Made by a program: the position numbers and the translations under genes. A stretch of DNA of 64,000 nucleotides from Nitrospirota bacterium (lineage in GTDB: Bacteria; Nitrospirota; UBA9217). The stretch covers positions 1,312,001 to 1,376,000 of the forward strand of contig CAWCKW010000012.1 in NCBI GenBank assembly GCA_963796285.1. Direction: 5' to 3'. The notes under the pieces are model-generated. The model worked only from the letters and a program-made list of their open reading frames with translations. It was not told the origin of the DNA and ran no database searches. Within the stretch, counting starts at the first letter, position 1. Each line of letters opens with the position of its first letter. Below are positions 1-9,921 of this stretch, piece by piece.

Positions 1-190
1 GCGGCTTTTATCCCCAAATACCTGCTGATTTTTCCTTCATCCCGTACTACTCCCACGGCTCATTGGCGAAAAACAGAATTGCAAGCGACGGCCCGCCCGG
101 CGCCTTGCCATTTTTCCCCTTGATTTATTTCAATGCTTACATTAGATTATATTCCTGTTTACCGATCCCTTCACGGGCTCGCAAGGAGGC

Positions 191-1072
191 ATGTCAATGG
201 CAGAAGCGGACTTCTCGAAAAAAGAAAAAAATTATTATACGGACATCCCGCAAAAGAGCGAAGCTTTTTTCCTGAAAGGATCGAACGCCTATGACTGGGG
301 CATGAAGAACAGGCTGGCCCGCATCTTCAATCCCCGGTCCGGGAAGACCGTGATGCTGGCCTTCGACCATGGGTATTTCCAGGGCCCCACGACCGGTCTC
401 GAGCGCGTTGACGTAACGATCCGGCCACTCATACCCTACGCCGACGCCCTGATGCTGACGCGCGGCATCCTGCGCTCCGTCATCGAACCGTCGTCGACCA
501 ACGCGGTGGTCATGCGCGCAAGCGGCGGGCCGAGCATCCTGAAAGAGCTTTCCAACGAGCATATCGCCGTGGACATCGAGGACGCTTTGCGCATGAACGT
601 GAGCGCAGTGGCGGTGCAGGTCTTTATCGGCGGCCCTCACGAGACCCAGACGGTCAATAACATGACCCGGCTCGTCGATATGGGCATGCGCTACGGCATG
701 CCGGTGCTCGGGGTCACGGCGGTCGGTACGGAGCTTGTCCGCGATGCCCGGTATATCGGACTGGCAACGCGCATCCTGGCAGAACTCGGGGTCTCGATCG
801 TCAAAACCTATTTTGTCCCGGGGTTCGAGCAGGTCGCCGCCGCGTGTCCCGTGCCGATCGTGATCGCGGGCGGAAAAAAACTTCCCGAACGCGAGGCGCT
901 TCAGATGGCCAGGGATGCGATCAACCAGGGCGCCTCCGGTGTGGACATGGGCAGGAACATTTTTCAATCCGATTCGCCGGTTGCCATGATCAGTGCCGTG
1001 CGCATGGTCGTGCACGACAACGCCACGGTGAATGAGGCTTACGAATACTACCAGGATATGAAGAACAAATAA
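191..1072 (+). CDS. lsrF: 3-hydroxy-5-phosphonooxypentane-2,4-dione thiolase (LsrF, class I aldolase fold)
   Basis: [34 protein letters not shown] and [14 protein letters not shown] motifs; AGGAGG RBS at 184-189. Confidence 0.9.
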   Translation: MSMAEADFSKKEKNYYTDIPQKSEAFFLKGSNAYDWGMKNRLARIFNPRSGKTVMLAFDHGYFQGPTTGLERVDVTIRPLIPYADALMLTRGILRSVIEPSSTNAVVMRASGGPSILKELSNEHIAVDIEDALRMNVSAVAVQVFIGGPHETQTVNNMTRLVDMGMRYGMPVLGVTAVGTELVRDARYIGLATRILAELGVSIVKTYFVPGFEQVAAACPVPIVIAGGKKLPEREALQMARDAINQGASGVDMGRNIFQSDSPVAMISAVRMVVHDNATVNEAYEYYQDMKNK

Positions 1073-1088
1073 AGAGGATCAATGTCGT

Positions 1089-1165
1089 TGGCACTGATAT
1101 TCACTGATAAAGCCTATGAAGAATCATGTTTTTTCATAGCCGTTATCCGCCCTTAATCTGTGTCA
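1089..1165. repeat. Degenerate intergenic palindrome with ~10-bp tandem units (CACTGATATT/CACTGATAA ... TTATCCGC..AATCTGTG)
   Basis: Arms 1089-1110 and 1143-1165 are partly complementary; inner CTATGAA/TTCATAG stem. Confidence 0.5.
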
Positions 1166-1237
1166 AAGGTTATGCATCGTTGCAGTTTATTGTTTCCCGC
1201 TTCCAGCTTTTCCGTTTCGGGTGATAGGTAATTTGAC

Positions 1238-2266
1238 TTGAAAACAGGCGTCTACTATCGCAACAGCGACGTCCGGGTGGAAGAGCGTCCGGAGCCGAAG
1301 GCCGGCGACCGCGACATCGTGGTCAAGGTCATGGCCTGCGGTCTGTGCGGGTCCGATCTCATGGAATGGTACCGGATCAAGCGGGCGCCGCTGGTGCTGG
1401 GCCACGAGCCGGCCGGCATTGTTGTCGAAGCAGGAAAACTCGTCAGCACCGTCAAACCGGGAGACCGCGTCTTTGTCACCCACCATGTCCCCTGCAATTC
1501 CTGCTATCACTGCCGTAGCGGACACGAAACCGCCTGCACGACCTTCCAGAGCACAAATAATTTCGATCCCGGCGGTTTTTCACAACTCCTGCGCGTGACC
1601 GGAAAAAGCGTTGAGACCGGTACCTTCGTGCTTCCCGACTCCGTGAGTTTCGAACAGGCGACCTTTATCGAACCGCTGGGGACCGCGGTGAGGGCGCTCC
1701 GGACCGTGGGACTGAAACCAGCCCAGAGCGTGCTCGTCTGCGGCAGCGGCGTTGCCGGCCTGCTCATCATCAAACTGGCGCGTGCCATGGGAGCAGGCGT
1801 CATCATCGCGACCGATGTGAGCCCGTACCGTCTTGAGAAGGCCCGTGAATACGGGGCCACGCACACGATCGAAGCCCACGAAGACGTCCCCGCGTTCATC
1901 AGAACAGTCAATGAAGGCCGATTGGCGGACATCGCCATCCTGTGCGCCGGCGCGCTTCCTGCCGCGCGCACCACGCTTCAATCCGCCGAGCGCGGAGGCA
2001 CCATCCTGTTCTTCGCAGTGCCGAAACCGGGCGAGACCGTTGCTGTGGATTTCAATCCCTTCTGGCGTGACGATATCACGATCAAGACCTGCTACGGCGC
2101 CGCCCCCATCGACAACCTGCAGGCCCTCGATCTCATCCAGCACGGCACAGTGACGGTGACCGACATGGTGACGCACCGGTTCGGCATCGACAGGATCGGC
2201 GAGGGATTTCTGACCGGCGCCCGGCCCGACGGCTGCGTGAAGGTCATTATCGAGCCGAACCAGTAA
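1238..2266 (+). CDS. Zn-dependent alcohol/polyol dehydrogenase (MDR family, iditol-DH-like)
   Basis: ACGLCGSD, LGHE, structural Zn CNSCYHCRSG..C, Rossmann GSGVAG. Confidence 0.9.
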   Translation: MKTGVYYRNSDVRVEERPEPKAGDRDIVVKVMACGLCGSDLMEWYRIKRAPLVLGHEPAGIVVEAGKLVSTVKPGDRVFVTHHVPCNSCYHCRSGHETACTTFQSTNNFDPGGFSQLLRVTGKSVETGTFVLPDSVSFEQATFIEPLGTAVRALRTVGLKPAQSVLVCGSGVAGLLIIKLARAMGAGVIIATDVSPYRLEKAREYGATHTIEAHEDVPAFIRTVNEGRLADIAILCAGALPAARTTLQSAERGGTILFFAVPKPGETVAVDFNPFWRDDITIKTCYGAAPIDNLQALDLIQHGTVTVTDMVTHRFGIDRIGEGFLTGARPDGCVKVIIEPNQ

Positions 2267-2291
2267 TATTGTACGAGGCGTTGCCTCGGAA

Positions 2292-2378
2292 AATCCCCCT
2301 CACCCCCGCCCTCTCCCCGTTGGGGCGAGGGAGTTTTTTATTTCCTCTCCCATCAGGGGAGAGGATTAAGGTGAGGGG
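2292..2378. repeat. REP-like double-hairpin element (CCCCTCACCC..CCCTCTCCC..GGGGAGAGG..GGTGAGGGG)
   Basis: Nested inverted repeats; near-identical copy at 49073-49158. Confidence 0.8.
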
Positions 2379-2415
2379 TGGTTGTTCCGGCGTCCTATTT
2401 AGATCGGAGAACCGT

Positions 2416-3657
2416 GTGAAACAGCAAACCACAACTAATCTCCGCCATATTCTCAGCCTGCCGGTCATCGTAGCCTCACTCGGCTACTTCGTCGATATTT
2501 ACGACCTGGTGCTCTTCAGCATCGTCCGGGTGCCGAGCCTGAGATCGCTCGGACTTTCCGGGCAGGACCTGATCGACAACGGCGTGTTTCTTCTCAATAT
2601 GCAGATGGCGGGCATGCTCATCGGCGGCATTCTCTGGGGCGTCCTGGGTGACCGGAAGGGCCGGCTGAAGATCATGTTCGGCTCGATCTTCCTGTACTCC
2701 ATCGCGAACATCGCGAACGGGATGGCCACGTCCCTTCCCGCCTACGCGGCCCTGCGCTTCATCGCCGGCATCGGGCTGGCCGGCGAGCTCGGGGCGGGGA
2801 TCACCCTCGTGTCCGAGGTCCTGCATACCAGCATCCGGGGGTACGGCACGATGCTCGTGGCCTCCGTGGGCGTCTCGGGCGCCATCCTCGCGAACATCAT
2901 CGCCAATACCTATGACTGGCGGAACGCCTTCATCATCGGCGGCGTACTCGGCCTCGTGCTGCTCATCACCCGGATCAGCGTGGCCGAGTCCGGCATGTTC
3001 CGGGCCATGAACAGGAAGGCCGGGGTCAGCAGGGGGAACCTGCTTGCCCTCTTTTCCGAACGGAAGCGTTTCCTCCGCTATCTCAACTCGATCCTGATCG
3101 GCGTCCCGATCTGGTTCGTCGTCGCTGTCCTGATCACCTTCTCGCCGGAGTTCGCCAAATCATTCGGGACGACCGGACCGGTCTCCGCCGGAAACGCGGT
3201 CATGTTCTGCTACCTGGGGCTGGTCTTCGGCGATCTTTCGAGCGGCCTGCTGAGCCAGGTCCTGAAGAGCAGGAAAAAGGTGGTCTTGCTGTTCATGCTC
3301 CTGAGCCTTGTTGCCATCGGCATCTACTTCCTGCAGGGGAGCAGGAGCCCGGAATTCTTTTACGGGGTGTGCCTCGTACTCGGATTTGCCAGCGGCTACT
3401 GGGCCATCTTCGTGACCATTGCCGCCGAGCAGTTCGGCACGAACCTGCGCGCGACGGTCGCGACAACCGTGCCGAACTTCGTGCGCGGGATGGTGGTCCC
3501 CATCACGCTTCTATTCCAGTTCTTTCGCCAATACTTCGGCCTTGAGGGCGGCGCTCTTGCTGTCGGGGCCATCTGCGTGGTTGCAGGCTTCTTTGCGCTT
3601 GCCTCCCTGGAAGAGACGTTTCATAAGGACCTGGATTATTATGAGGAGTTTCCCTGA
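2416..3657 (+). CDS. MFS transporter
   Basis: About 12 hydrophobic segments; GVLGDRKGR motif A; GTG start after GGAG. The ORF extension to 2269 reads through the REP element. Confidence 0.85.
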   Translation: MKQQTTTNLRHILSLPVIVASLGYFVDIYDLVLFSIVRVPSLRSLGLSGQDLIDNGVFLLNMQMAGMLIGGILWGVLGDRKGRLKIMFGSIFLYSIANIANGMATSLPAYAALRFIAGIGLAGELGAGITLVSEVLHTSIRGYGTMLVASVGVSGAILANIIANTYDWRNAFIIGGVLGLVLLITRISVAESGMFRAMNRKAGVSRGNLLALFSERKRFLRYLNSILIGVPIWFVVAVLITFSPEFAKSFGTTGPVSAGNAVMFCYLGLVFGDLSSGLLSQVLKSRKKVVLLFMLLSLVAIGIYFLQGSRSPEFFYGVCLVLGFASGYWAIFVTIAAEQFGTNLRATVATTVPNFVRGMVVPITLLFQFFRQYFGLEGGALAVGAICVVAGFFALASLEETFHKDLDYYEEFP

Positions 3658-3680
3658 CACAGGACAAGAGCTTAAAATCG

Positions 3681-3804
3681 TTTCTCGCAAAGACGCAAAG
3701 GTCGCAAAGGAAAGCATTACTAAACAACTAAAGCAAAGCATTAGCCTTTGTCTTAAAGCAAAGGATTTAGCCCTTCTTTGCGTACTTTGCGTCTTTGCGA
3801 GAAA
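3681..3804. mobile_element. Gene-less (MITE-like) palindromic element with CGCAAAG tandem arms
   Basis: Left TTTCTCGCAAAGACGCAAAGGTCGCAAAGGAAAGC, right CTTTGCGTACTTTGCGTCTTTGCGAGAAA; same arms as those around the GxxExxY gene. Confidence 0.75.
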
Positions 3805-3837
3805 TAGCCTTAGATTCGACGCTTTCTTACAATTCTT

Positions 3838-3866
3838 TTGACTCTTCCCTCCATTCCCTTTATAAT
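3838..3866 (+). promoter_or_regulatory. sigma70 promoter for gpsA
   Basis: TTGACT-17 nt-TATAAT, about 10 nt upstream of the ATG at 3876. Confidence 0.7.
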
Positions 3867-3875
3867 TCACGAACT

Positions 3876-4878
3876 ATGACTGATAAGATCGGTGTGATCG
3901 GCGCAGGGGCATGGGGCACGGCCCTTGCTATGCTTCTTGCCGACAAAGGGTACGACGTGACCCTCTGGATGTATGAAAAGGACCTTGCCGAAGAGACGGC
4001 TCGCACGAGAGAGAACCGCGTCTATCTCCCCGGGTTTCCCTTGACCGGCTCCATCCAGGTGACCTCTGCTCTTGAAACCGCTGTCAGGAACAAGCCGGTC
4101 ATTCTGTCCGTCGTCCCCTCCCACACGGTCCGTACTGTAGCAAAACAGTTTGCCCCCTTTCTATCGGAGAACGCCATCATCATCAGCGCTTCCAAGGGCA
4201 TTGAGACCGACACTCTCATGCCGCTCTCAGAGGTGTTCAAGGACATCCTGCCCGAAAGGGTTTCATGACCGGCTCTGCTTTCTTTCCGGCCCGAGCTTTG
4301 CGAAAGAGGTCGCCCAGAAGATGCCCACCGCTGTTGCCCTCGCTTCGTACGACCCGGCAGTGGGCAAGAAGGCCCAGGAGGTCTTCAGCAACGCCTACTT
4401 CCGTGTCTATACGAATCCCGATGTCCTCGGCGTGGAGCTCGCGGGTGCGCTCAAGAACGTCGTGGCCATTGCTGCGGGCGTGCTCGAAGGCATGGGCTTC
4501 GGATATAACACCATGGCCGCCCTGCTCACCCGCGGGCTCGCGGAAATGGCTCGCCTCGGCGTGGCCATGGGAGGAGAACTCCAAACCTTCTCCGGCCTTG
4601 CAGGCATGGGAGATCTGGTCCTTACTTGTACAGGAGGCCTGTCGAGGAACCGAACCCTTGGATCGCGGCTCGGCAAAGGCGAGAAACTGGACGATATCAT
4701 GCGAGGGACAAAGACCGTGGCCGAAGGCGTCAAGACCGCCCGGGCCGCGCGTGACCTAGCACAAAAATACAATATCGCAATGCCGATCGTCGAGGAGGTC
4801 TATCAGCTCCTCTACGAAGGCAAGGACCCGAAGCTCGCCGTGAAGGACCTGATGAACCGTGAGCTCAGAGCAGAGTGA
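3876..4878 (+). CDS. gpsA: NAD(P)H-dependent glycerol-3-phosphate dehydrogenase (frameshift near 4260, probable sequencing error)
   Basis: GAGAWGTALA, SASKGIE, LSGPSFA, GALKNVVAIAAG, GDLVLTC, SRNR motifs across two frames. Confidence 0.9.
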
Positions 4879-4906
4879 TCGTTTAGCGGGAATACGATGA
4901 CGGACA

Positions 4907-5752
4907 ATGAATACATCAAAACTCACCAAGCTTCTCCAAAGCGTTAGGTCCGGCAAGATCGATGTCGAAACCGCTCTCAACCGGCTCAAGCACCTGCCCT
5001 TCGAGGACGTGACATACGCCAACATCGACCATCATCGCCACTTGCGCCACGGCATGCCCGAGGTCATCTACTGCGAAGGGAAGACCCTGGAGCAGGTCGT
5101 CGGCATCACGAGGCGCATGCTCAAGGCCGGGAGCGACATCCTCGCCACCCGCGCGTCGGAAGCGGTCTATAAAGCAGTTAAGAAACTCGATCGCCGCGCG
5201 GTATATCACAAAGCCTCACGCGCCATCGTGGTACAGGACAAGAAGAAGACACTGACCAGCGGTATTGTGCTCGTCCTGACCGCAGGCACATCGGATATCC
5301 CCGTTGCCGAGGAGGCCGCCGTGACCGCGGGGATGCTCGGCAGCACTGTACAGACCGTATACGACGTGGGCGTGGCAGGGATCCACCGCATCCTGAGCAA
5401 ACGGGAAACGCTCGACTCCGCCAGGGTGATCGTCGTGGTAGCGGGCATGGACGGCGCGCTCCCATCGGTCGTGGGCGGGCTCGTGGACAAACCAGTGATC
5501 GCCGTTCCCACGAGCGTCGGCTACGGCGCCGGGTTCAAGGGACTGGCCCCGCTCCTCACCATGCTCAACTCCTGCGCGTCAGGCATCGCGGTCATGAACA
5601 TCGACAACGGCTTCGGCGCCGGAGTGCTGGCGCACAGGATAAATCTATTGGGAGAAAATAATCAAGAAGCGCCCCCTCCTTCGAAATCGGGGAGAATCCC
5701 GGGAAATGAAAAAGGATGGATCAGCGTTAAGAGAATTTCAGGTAATCGCTGA
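4907..5752 (+). CDS. larB: Nickel-pincer cofactor biosynthesis protein LarB (PurE-like)
   Basis: IDHHRHLRHGMPEVIYCEGKT, TAGTSDIPVAEEA, DVGVAGIHR, AGMDGALPSVV, NIDNGFGA. Confidence 0.9.
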   Translation: MNTSKLTKLLQSVRSGKIDVETALNRLKHLPFEDVTYANIDHHRHLRHGMPEVIYCEGKTLEQVVGITRRMLKAGSDILATRASEAVYKAVKKLDRRAVYHKASRAIVVQDKKKTLTSGIVLVLTAGTSDIPVAEEAAVTAGMLGSTVQTVYDVGVAGIHRILSKRETLDSARVIVVVAGMDGALPSVVGGLVDKPVIAVPTSVGYGAGFKGLAPLLTMLNSCASGIAVMNIDNGFGAGVLAHRINLLGENNQEAPPPSKSGRIPGNEKGWISVKRISGNR

Positions 5753-5849
5753 CCAATTCAATCAGCATACGCTTTACTGGAACAGATTGCATGACTGAGC
5801 ACCGTTTGCACAGTGCAAACGCGTCCCACCATTAGGAGGCCATCCCTGC

Positions 5850-8047
5850 ATGGAAATCGAGTTACTTATTCCGATTCTGGCTCTCGGTACTCAGCTAGTG
5901 TCGGTTTATTTTGCGATTCGATTGTTGCGATATGCCAAAATGCGGGTTATTGCGGTCGTATTTATTCTCGCGGTCTCTCTCATGGCGTTGCGCCGGATGT
6001 TTTCACTGGTTCCGAATTATGTTCCGAGCGACATGACAGGAGGCGCGTTCTCGGATACCGTCGCGCTTTTCATTTCACTCCTGATCCTGTACGTGGTCCG
6101 CTCGCTTGGCCGTATTTTCATGTCGGAGGAGGCGAATATGAATGCCGCGCTGTCCGCTGAAAAGCGCTATCGAACATTGTTCAACCAATCTCCGGACGGC
6201 GTCCTGCTGATTAATGCTAAGGGCGACATTGTTGATTTCAACAATGAAGTCAACCGTCAACTTGGATACACGCGCGAAGAATTCAGCAAACTGCGGATAT
6301 CGGACATCGATCCCGTTGAAAATGAGGCTGACGTCGGGTCACGTCTGGCGAAAGTCCTGAAGGTCGGTAAGGATGACTTTGAGGTAAAGCACAAAACCAA
6401 GCAGGGTGAGATACGGGATGTTCTTGTTATTGTCCAGCCCCTCGATTTGTCCGGTCAAACATTCTTCCACACTATCTGGCGCGATGTCACAGAGAGCAAG
6501 AAAGCAGAGGAGGAGCTAAAAAGGAACGAAATATTCATCAGGAGCATTCTTGAAAGTATAGATGAGGGGTTTGTCGTCGTAGGCAGGGATTATCGGATCA
6601 TTTCGGCGAACAAGGCTTATTGCGATCATGCCGGGATTACAATGGAAAATGCAATTGGCCAATATTGCCATGTCGTGTCCCACCACAGCGACAAACCATG
6701 TTTTGAAGCCGGGGAGCAGTGCCCCGTGAAGTATACCTTTGATACGGGAGAACCTGCCCAATTTTTACACATACATTACGATAAACACGGGAACCCCTCG
6801 TTCGTTGATACAAAGGCGTATGCCATGCGGGATGCAGCGGGCACTGTGACCGCCGCAATCGAGATAGTAATGGACGTCACTGATAGAAAAAAATTGGAGG
6901 ACCAGTACCGCCAAGCCCAGAAAATGGAGGCGATCGGTCAGCTTGCCGGCGGTGTGGCTCACGATTTCAACAACATTCTGTCCGCGATCATCGGCTATGG
7001 CCACCTTTCCCTGATGAAACTGCGAGACGATGATCCGGTGAGGCACTTTATCGACCAGATTCTGCAATCTTCGGACCGCGCAGCCGTTTTGACGCAGAGC
7101 CTGCTCGCATTCAGCAGAAAGCAGCCCCTGAAAAAAGAGCTTAATGATTTGAACGCGGTGATCAAGAATTTCGAGAAATTCCTTCTCCGTCTGCTGCGCG
7201 AGGACATCGAAATGAAGATCCGGTACTCGGACGACCAGCCCGTGGTCATGGCGGATAGTGGGCAGGTCGAGCAAGTGATCATGAATCTCGCTTCGAACGC
7301 ACGCGATGCCATGCCGAACAATGGGAAGCTGACTATCGATACCAGTGTCACTAATATGGACGAGGCGTTCATCCGGTTGAACGGTTACGGGAAGCTGGGA
7401 GAATACGCCGTAATGTCGGTGTCGGATACTGGCGTCGGAATGAACAAAGAGACCCAAAAGAAAATTTTCGAGCCGTTCTTCACGACCAAGGAAGTGGGGA
7501 AAGGGACCGGTCTCGGACTGGCCACGGTGTATGGAATAGTGAAAGCGCACGATGGATTCATCAATGTGTATTCCGAGCCGGGGAAAGGGACAACCTTTCA
7601 TGTTTATTTCCCCCTTGCTCGAACAAAGAATGCAGTGCCTAGATGTTGCGGAGCGAACCCCGGTCCAAGCTCAAGGGCGGCAGCGAAACGATCCTGCTTG
7701 CCGAGGACGACGCGAGTCTCCGCGAAATGACGTCGGCCATTCTCCGAGACATGGGTTACACGGTGATTGATGCGGAGGACGGAAATAGGGCGGTTGTCCG
7801 GTTTAAAGAGAACCGCGCCGCGATCAAACTCGTAATATTGGACGCTGTCATGCCGAAGAAGAACGGTTTGGAAGCGTATCGGGAGATCAGTGCTCTCAGC
7901 CCGAAGGTCCGCTGCATTTTCATGAGCGGCTATACCGGAGAAGTATTCGCCGAGGACGGCCCGCCGGCCGGTACGGAGTTTTTACCTAAGCCTCTTCAAC
8001 CCCGGATGCTTTTGTCCAAGGTCAGGGAAATGCTTGACCGGGAGTAG
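5850..8047 (+). CDS. Membrane hybrid sensor histidine kinase (2 PAS, HisKA, HATPase, C-terminal receiver; frameshift near 7640)
   Basis: AGGVAHDFNN H-box, [24 protein letters not shown]; receiver ILLAEDD..LVILDAVMP in the next frame. Confidence 0.85.
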
Positions 8048-8242
8048 AAAGGGGCAACGGGCAAGGAATGAGTTCCTCGCTTTCAACTCATCGCGCGTGC
8101 AACCTTCATCCCGAATTTGCTGGTCGTTTCAAACAATGAGAACTGCACAATTGCAGGTATATGCGGTAAAGTTCATGCGCGCAGAAGGATGCATGTTTTC
8201 AGGTTGAAATATGACTATTGATGGCAACCAAATAATAAACCT

Positions 8243-9436
8243 ATGACCCTCGCTTACTTCGACTGCTTTTCCGGGATATCCGGCGACATGACCCTCGGCG
8301 CGCTTGTTGACGCGGGTGTCTCCATCGACGCCCTGCGCGCCGAGCTGGCCAGGCTCAATCTCCCCGGCTACGAGCTCAAGGCAGAAAAGGTCAAACGCTC
8401 CGGCATTGCCGCGACCAAGGTCCATGTCATCATCGACCAGAAGGACCAGAACGCGCGCCATCTTGCCGACATTTTGAGCATTATTGAAGCCTCCACCCTT
8501 TCTCCAACCGTGAAGGAGAAAAGCAGCCGGATATTTACACGCCTTGCTGATGCGGAGGCAAAGGTGCACGGCACAACACCCGACAAGGTCCACTTCCATG
8601 AGGTCGGCGCTGTGGACTCCATCGTGGACAATGTCGGGGCTGTTATCGGACTGGAGCTGCTGGGAATCAAGCGGGTCATGGCATCGGCGATCAATGTGGG
8701 TTCAGGCATGGTCAAAACCTCTCACGGCATGCTTCCGGTACCCGCACCCGCCACGGCGGAGCTGCTTACCAACATCCCCTTTTATCAATCGTCGTCACAA
8801 TTCGAGCTCACCACACCGACCGGCGCGGTCATCATCAGCACTCTCGCTTCCTCCTTCGGCCCCATGCCGGCGATGAAGGTCGAGCGGGTCGCCTATGGCG
8901 CGGGCGACAAGGATTTCCCGGGTCAGCCGAATGTCCTGAGGCTCATGATCGGACAGCCCATAGCGGGTTATGAAGAAGACACGTCCATCGTCATCGAGAC
9001 GAACATCGACGACATGAGCCCGCAGGTCTATGACTACCTCATCGAGAAGCTCATGCAGCAGGGCGCGCAGGACGTTTATCTCACACCCATTATCATGAAA
9101 AAAGGAAGACCCGCGATCCTGCTCTCGGTGCTTACTGATAAGACAAAGACAGATGCCGTGCTCGATACGATCTTCCGGGAAACGACCAGCATCGGCGTCC
9201 GTATCCATGAAGTTGGCAGAAAGAAGCTCACGCGGGACATCCGGGAAGTCGATACGGTTTATGGCAAGATCAGAATAAAGATAAGCAGGCGGGCTGATGA
9301 AGTAGTGACGATAACACCGGAGTATGAGGACTGCAGAAGGATCGCGGAAAAAATGCAGATACCTTTAAAGCAAATCATGGAAGAAGCGAAAGACATGTTT
9401 TCTCGCAAAGACGCAAAGGGCGCAAAGGAAAGCTAA
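8243..9436 (+). CDS. larC: Nickel insertion protein LarC
   Basis: YFDCFSGISGDMTLGAL, VHFHEVGAVDS, PVPAPAT, ELTTPTGA, ETNIDDMSPQ, MKKGRP, PEYEDC. Confidence 0.92.
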   Translation: MTLAYFDCFSGISGDMTLGALVDAGVSIDALRAELARLNLPGYELKAEKVKRSGIAATKVHVIIDQKDQNARHLADILSIIEASTLSPTVKEKSSRIFTRLADAEAKVHGTTPDKVHFHEVGAVDSIVDNVGAVIGLELLGIKRVMASAINVGSGMVKTSHGMLPVPAPATAELLTNIPFYQSSSQFELTTPTGAVIISTLASSFGPMPAMKVERVAYGAGDKDFPGQPNVLRLMIGQPIAGYEEDTSIVIETNIDDMSPQVYDYLIEKLMQQGAQDVYLTPIIMKKGRPAILLSVLTDKTKTDAVLDTIFRETTSIGVRIHEVGRKKLTRDIREVDTVYGKIRIKISRRADEVVTITPEYEDCRRIAEKMQIPLKQIMEEAKDMFSRKDAKGAKES

Positions 9437-9880
9437 AAGTATTGGGCTGTATGACTGAAAACGAAATAGCTAAAATCGTTGTTGATCTGTGTGTTAAAAT
9501 TCATAAGACTCTTGGTCCGGGGCTCTTGGAGTCTGTTTATGAAGCAGCTCTCGTGTACGAGCTTAAAAAACTCGGCATTCCTGTGGAGCAACAAATTGAC
9601 ATTCCCGTGGAATATGATCATTTATATTTGGACATTGGGTTCAGGGCAGATTTGATAATCGACAACAAAGTCATCGTGGAACTAAAATCAGTTGAGACAT
9701 TACTTGCTGTTCATAAAAAACAGCTTCTGACCTATTTAAAGCTTTCAAAATATAAGCTTGGCCTTCTGGCCAATTTTAATGTCGACCTAATGAAAGATGG
9801 CATTACCCGTTTCGCGAATGGCCTTTGATTTTAATCCGGAATCACGCCTTTCTTTGCGTCCTTTGCGTCTTTGCGAGAGA
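9399..9880. mobile_element. Putative autonomous element: GxxExxY gene between ~35-bp inverted CGCAAAG-tandem arms
   Basis: Left arm 9399-9433 and right arm 9846-9880 are near-perfect reverse complements; interior is AT-rich relative to neighbours. Confidence 0.7.
9451..9828 (+). CDS. GxxExxY protein (PD-(D/E)XK nuclease-like)
   Basis: LGPGLLESVYE signature, FRADLII..KVIVELKSV, HKKQLLTYLK..GLLANFN. Confidence 0.92.
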   Translation: MTENEIAKIVVDLCVKIHKTLGPGLLESVYEAALVYELKKLGIPVEQQIDIPVEYDHLYLDIGFRADLIIDNKVIVELKSVETLLAVHKKQLLTYLKLSKYKLGLLANFNVDLMKDGITRFANGL

Positions 9881-9921
9881 TGCTTTTCGTGTTGACTTTG
9901 TAATTGTTGAGCGACAAACTT

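Noticed and set aside
3419-3870. Small ORFs containing SRKDAKVAK or LCVLCVFA peptides
   Set aside because: They are translations of the palindromic repeat arms, not genes.
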